62,834 bases of DNA from a virus. Its lineage: Duplodnaviria > Heunggongvirae > Uroviricota > Caudoviricetes. The notes under the pieces are model-generated. The model was not told where the DNA came from. It ran no database searches and worked only from the letters and a program-made list of their open reading frames with translations. Position numbers and translations under genes: made by a program. Below, in pieces: positions 60,307 through 62,834 of the stretch (its first letter is position 1; each line of letters opens with the position of its first letter). The stretch is taken from the IMG/VR virus record IMGVR_UViG_3300027365_000008. One strand, given 5' to 3'.

Positions 60307-60828
60307 ATGTATTACGATCATAAGAAAGAACGAGTTCTTTTGAAAGACGGCACCAGCATCATCACACCCTTTGCATTCGCTAGGCGTCGTCTGTCAGGGA
60401 AAGAGATGGACAATGTGGCTGTGATAGATACCTATGACAGCCAGCAATACGATTTGCTTTATCAAGCAAACACATCCACGGACATTAACGATTCAGAACC
60501 AGAACCAGAAGACCATATTCATTCTGAAGAAGACTTGAACACACTGTACCGGATCATATCAAATTCAACACGATTTGAAGATACACCAGAAGCATTGGAA
60601 CGAATTGAAGAGGAAATGGCATGGTACGAGAAAACCAACAACGTCACCTTTCTTTTGAAATGCTTTGAACTGGTATCTCGGTTCAAGAAGGACGGGGTGA
60701 TATGGGGAGTAGGACGTGGGAGTAGCTGTGCGTCCTATATTCTGTTTCTGTTAGAGATTCACGATATCGATTCTATTAAGTATGACATTCCATTCAATGA
60801 ACTATCAAAGGAGGTAGATGATGGATAA
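60307..60828 (+). CDS. Stand-alone fragment homologous to DNA polymerase III alpha (DnaE)
   Basis: ERIEEEM...GVIWGVGRGSSCASYILFLLEIHDIDSIKYDIPF matches the DnaE GxGRGS...S...Y.L.IT.IDP..Y.L.F motif. Confidence 0.75.
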   Translation: MYYDHKKERVLLKDGTSIITPFAFARRRLSGKEMDNVAVIDTYDSQQYDLLYQANTSTDINDSEPEPEDHIHSEEDLNTLYRIISNSTRFEDTPEALERIEEEMAWYEKTNNVTFLLKCFELVSRFKKDGVIWGVGRGSSCASYILFLLEIHDIDSIKYDIPFNELSKEVDDG

Positions 60829-61267
60829 AGCGTTGCGAGCGAAACACCGGTTTACGGGGAAGGCAACATCGGGGTTAACCTTCAAATCGATTCACCATTT
60901 CATTGAGTTCGCCCGTGATCGAGGGAAAGGGTATGATGATCTGGTTAACGATGTGATCAGCAATGGAATCGCTGTCACGTTTAGTAATTCTATGTTCTTG
61001 ATGCGGAAGTATTGGCTGATCGTCGGGGCGGCTTATATCGGATTCAATTCATCGAGATCACCACACCCACGAGGGGCCAATATTGTCGCTTTGGATCAGT
61101 TGGGCATGGCCGATGAGGACATCAATCTGTTTTTGACGATTTATCGTGAGTTCGTCAGAGATCATTATGGTGATGCTATTGACGAAGACCCCAGAACTAC
61201 GGTAGAGTTCTTCATCAAGGTTGATGATGGACTTCTCACCGAACTCAATGACATCAAGAGGTTGTAA
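60818..61267 (+). CDS. Hypothetical protein
   Basis: 149 aa with GGAGG SD. Confidence 0.6.
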   Translation: MMDKALRAKHRFTGKATSGLTFKSIHHFIEFARDRGKGYDDLVNDVISNGIAVTFSNSMFLMRKYWLIVGAAYIGFNSSRSPHPRGANIVALDQLGMADEDINLFLTIYREFVRDHYGDAIDEDPRTTVEFFIKVDDGLLTELNDIKRL

Positions 61268-61575
61268 TGACAGATCAAAACGTATCGCTCAATTCTTTGA
61301 ATCCGCTCCCCAAGGATATCATCGTGTCGCATGTGGACATGAATGAAGTCAATGGGTCACTCATTCAGGTTAAGGAAAATTCAGATTCAGATACAACCCA
61401 ATTCTATCGTGTCCATCGAATCGGTCGTGATGTGACCATGGTGAGTGAAGGTGATCTGATCGTGATTCCTTGGCGACGTATCACGCCCCCATTCGTGGTC
61501 GATTATGATGGGAAGGAACTCCGGGTGGGTATCACCGCTGAAACAGAAGTGCTGGGGGTTATCGATGCAGAATGA
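61267..61575 (+). CDS. GroES-like co-chaperonin
   Basis: LNPLPKDIIV, mobile-loop-like segment, VHRIG..V..V.EGDLIV, ETEVLGVI. Confidence 0.6.
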   Translation: MTDQNVSLNSLNPLPKDIIVSHVDMNEVNGSLIQVKENSDSDTTQFYRVHRIGRDVTMVSEGDLIVIPWRRITPPFVVDYDGKELRVGITAETEVLGVIDAE

Positions 61576-61861
61576 ACGCCCCTGTGTATTGACAAAGATT
61601 GATCTAACCGACAATGGCCTGAAACGTACCATTGCATTTCTCAATCTGAAGAAGACGGAACAAGGAACATTGACGGCTGAAGGCTGTCATGTTGAATCAG
61701 ATTGTGTTTATTCCATATCCGACTCGGTGGCCCAATGGATAAGTCAACAAGAAGTTTTCGATAAACCGTTGACAGACGATAGTGCATTATCGTATGATGC
61801 TCTCACTGGCTCATTCGAGTTGGCATCACTGAAAGAACTGAATCTTATCATCGATCTGTAA
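61565..61861 (+). CDS. Hypothetical protein
   Basis: In-frame ATG at 61565 overlapping the GroES-like gene end. Confidence 0.5.
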   Translation: MQNERPCVLTKIDLTDNGLKRTIAFLNLKKTEQGTLTAEGCHVESDCVYSISDSVAQWISQQEVFDKPLTDDSALSYDALTGSFELASLKELNLIIDL

Positions 61862-61873
61862 GGAGAAGTTAGC

Positions 61874-62296
61874 ATGGCTAAGAAAGGTAACAAGAGCGTT
61901 TCTCGCAAGAACCAGTACGCAGCCTACAAGACCAACGGTTCTTACAAGAAGAATCGTGTAGCAAAGCTGGAACGTCATCTGAAAAAGTATCCTGACGACG
62001 CACAGGCTGCCGCCGCACTGAAGAACGTGAGCGAAACCCCGCGCCGTACCGGTAGCCACGACAAACTCTGGTCTAAGAATCAGATCGAAGTGGCTCAGAT
62101 GTTCTCCAAGGTGGGCATCAACGGCAACCATGCACTGGGCGGAAAAGCGTCTGAGAAGGTTGGCGACGAAGAACATAAGCGTTACTATGGTGATGCGAAG
62201 TACGACCGTTGGCAAAAGAAGCGTTGGGAAGAAGAGGACAAGGCTGAAGCCCGTAAGACCAAGGCTAAGGCCAAAGCAGTCCACAAGACAGTTTGA
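61874..62296 (+). CDS. Basic (Lys-rich) hypothetical protein
   Basis: 140 aa with AAGGAG SD and highly-expressed-type codon usage. Confidence 0.7.
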   Translation: MAKKGNKSVSRKNQYAAYKTNGSYKKNRVAKLERHLKKYPDDAQAAAALKNVSETPRRTGSHDKLWSKNQIEVAQMFSKVGINGNHALGGKASEKVGDEEHKRYYGDAKYDRWQKKRWEEEDKAEARKTKAKAKAVHKTV

Positions 62297-62302
62297 ATCC
62301 AA

Positions 62303-62322
62303 AAGGGGGCGAAAGCCCCCTT
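62303..62322 (+). terminator. Terminator with GAAA loop
   Basis: aagggggc-gaaa-gccccctt. Confidence 0.75.
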
Positions 62323-62452
62323 CTGATTTTGGAGCCAGCATGATACGTTTGACATTTCAGCGAATCCCATTTGAGTCGGCATGGGAAGAAATGCGTTCTA
62401 GTGGTTGAAAGACCTGATCGCCTTTCGCGAACTCTGATGGGGATAGAACAAG

Positions 62453-62834
62453 ATGAAATTGACTGTTGATAATGTCGTTGTTGAAGTAGATGGAAGACAG
62501 ATCAAACCGACACATGTTTCTATCCCCATACTACCACAATCCTCTTTTGGGAGGTTCGAATACAAAATGCCAGTTGACGCCTTTACTAGCTTCGATGTTC
62601 CACTCGTATCGGTGTCCTTGAAACGTCACCCTATGTGGAAACCGTGTTTCGTGAACCCTTTGTTCCCGAAAGCGAATAAGGTCCACGTTCCAAAATCAAG
62701 GGAGTGGTTTAAGCCTCACCCATTGGACAACGTTGAACAGCGTGACTTCTTTAAGACAACCGCCTACGGAAATGCATACAACGACCCGATAGAATTGGAA
62801 TGCATATGGGCAGATGAAAATATAACTGCAATTC
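62453..62834 (+). CDS. Partial hypothetical protein running off the window
   Basis: Open frame from ATG 62453 (MKLTVDNVVVEVDG) to the end of the window. Confidence 0.45.
   Translation, partial: MKLTVDNVVVEVDGRQIKPTHVSIPILPQSSFGRFEYKMPVDAFTSFDVPLVSVSLKRHPMWKPCFVNPLFPKANKVHVPKSREWFKPHPLDNVEQRDFFKTTAYGNAYNDPIELECIWADENITAI

Noticed and set aside
1-62834. tRNA/rRNA genes
   Set aside because: No cloverleaf with T-loop GTTCGA and acceptor stem was found in the short intergenic regions by eye; tRNAscan-SE would be decisive.

Overview
This 62.8 kb window comes from a large T4-like (myovirus, probably jumbo) dsDNA phage. Positions 225-4453 form a minus-strand block (tail tube, an antisense free-standing endonuclease, tail sheath, small protein) bracketed by a 58-bp inverted repeat. 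Positions 4764-28015 are a plus-strand tail/baseplate module: tube-fold paralogs, gp26/gp51, tape-measure candidate, gp53, hub, a gp5-like spike with an M15 peptidase, PAAR, gp25, gp6, gp7 and fibres. A holin/spanin cassette and a stand-alone CBM2 gene follow. The large terminase (30299-33384) is fractured into two genes by an atypically split intein (40-aa IntN, 120-aa IntC), with a GIY-YIG-like endonuclease gene between the halves. Positions 35184-51674 are an adhesin/fibre region. It holds two ~1750-aa fibres ending in seven near-identical 120-bp WD40 repeats that vary almost only at surface positions, then six genes sharing an N-terminal FnIII-like module fused to different heads. The right end has a TerS candidate, a lysozyme-like protein, phoH, an Ntn-hydrolase, dNMP kinase, intein-containing uvsX, uvsY, uvsW, a stand-alone DnaE fragment and a GroES-like gene. 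TAAATA late-promoter motifs, intrinsic terminators, several dispersed DNA motifs and a candidate anti-Shine-Dalgarno sRNA are visible. I saw no tRNA, rRNA, CRISPR array or reverse transcriptase. All family assignments come from motif recognition by eye, not from database searches.
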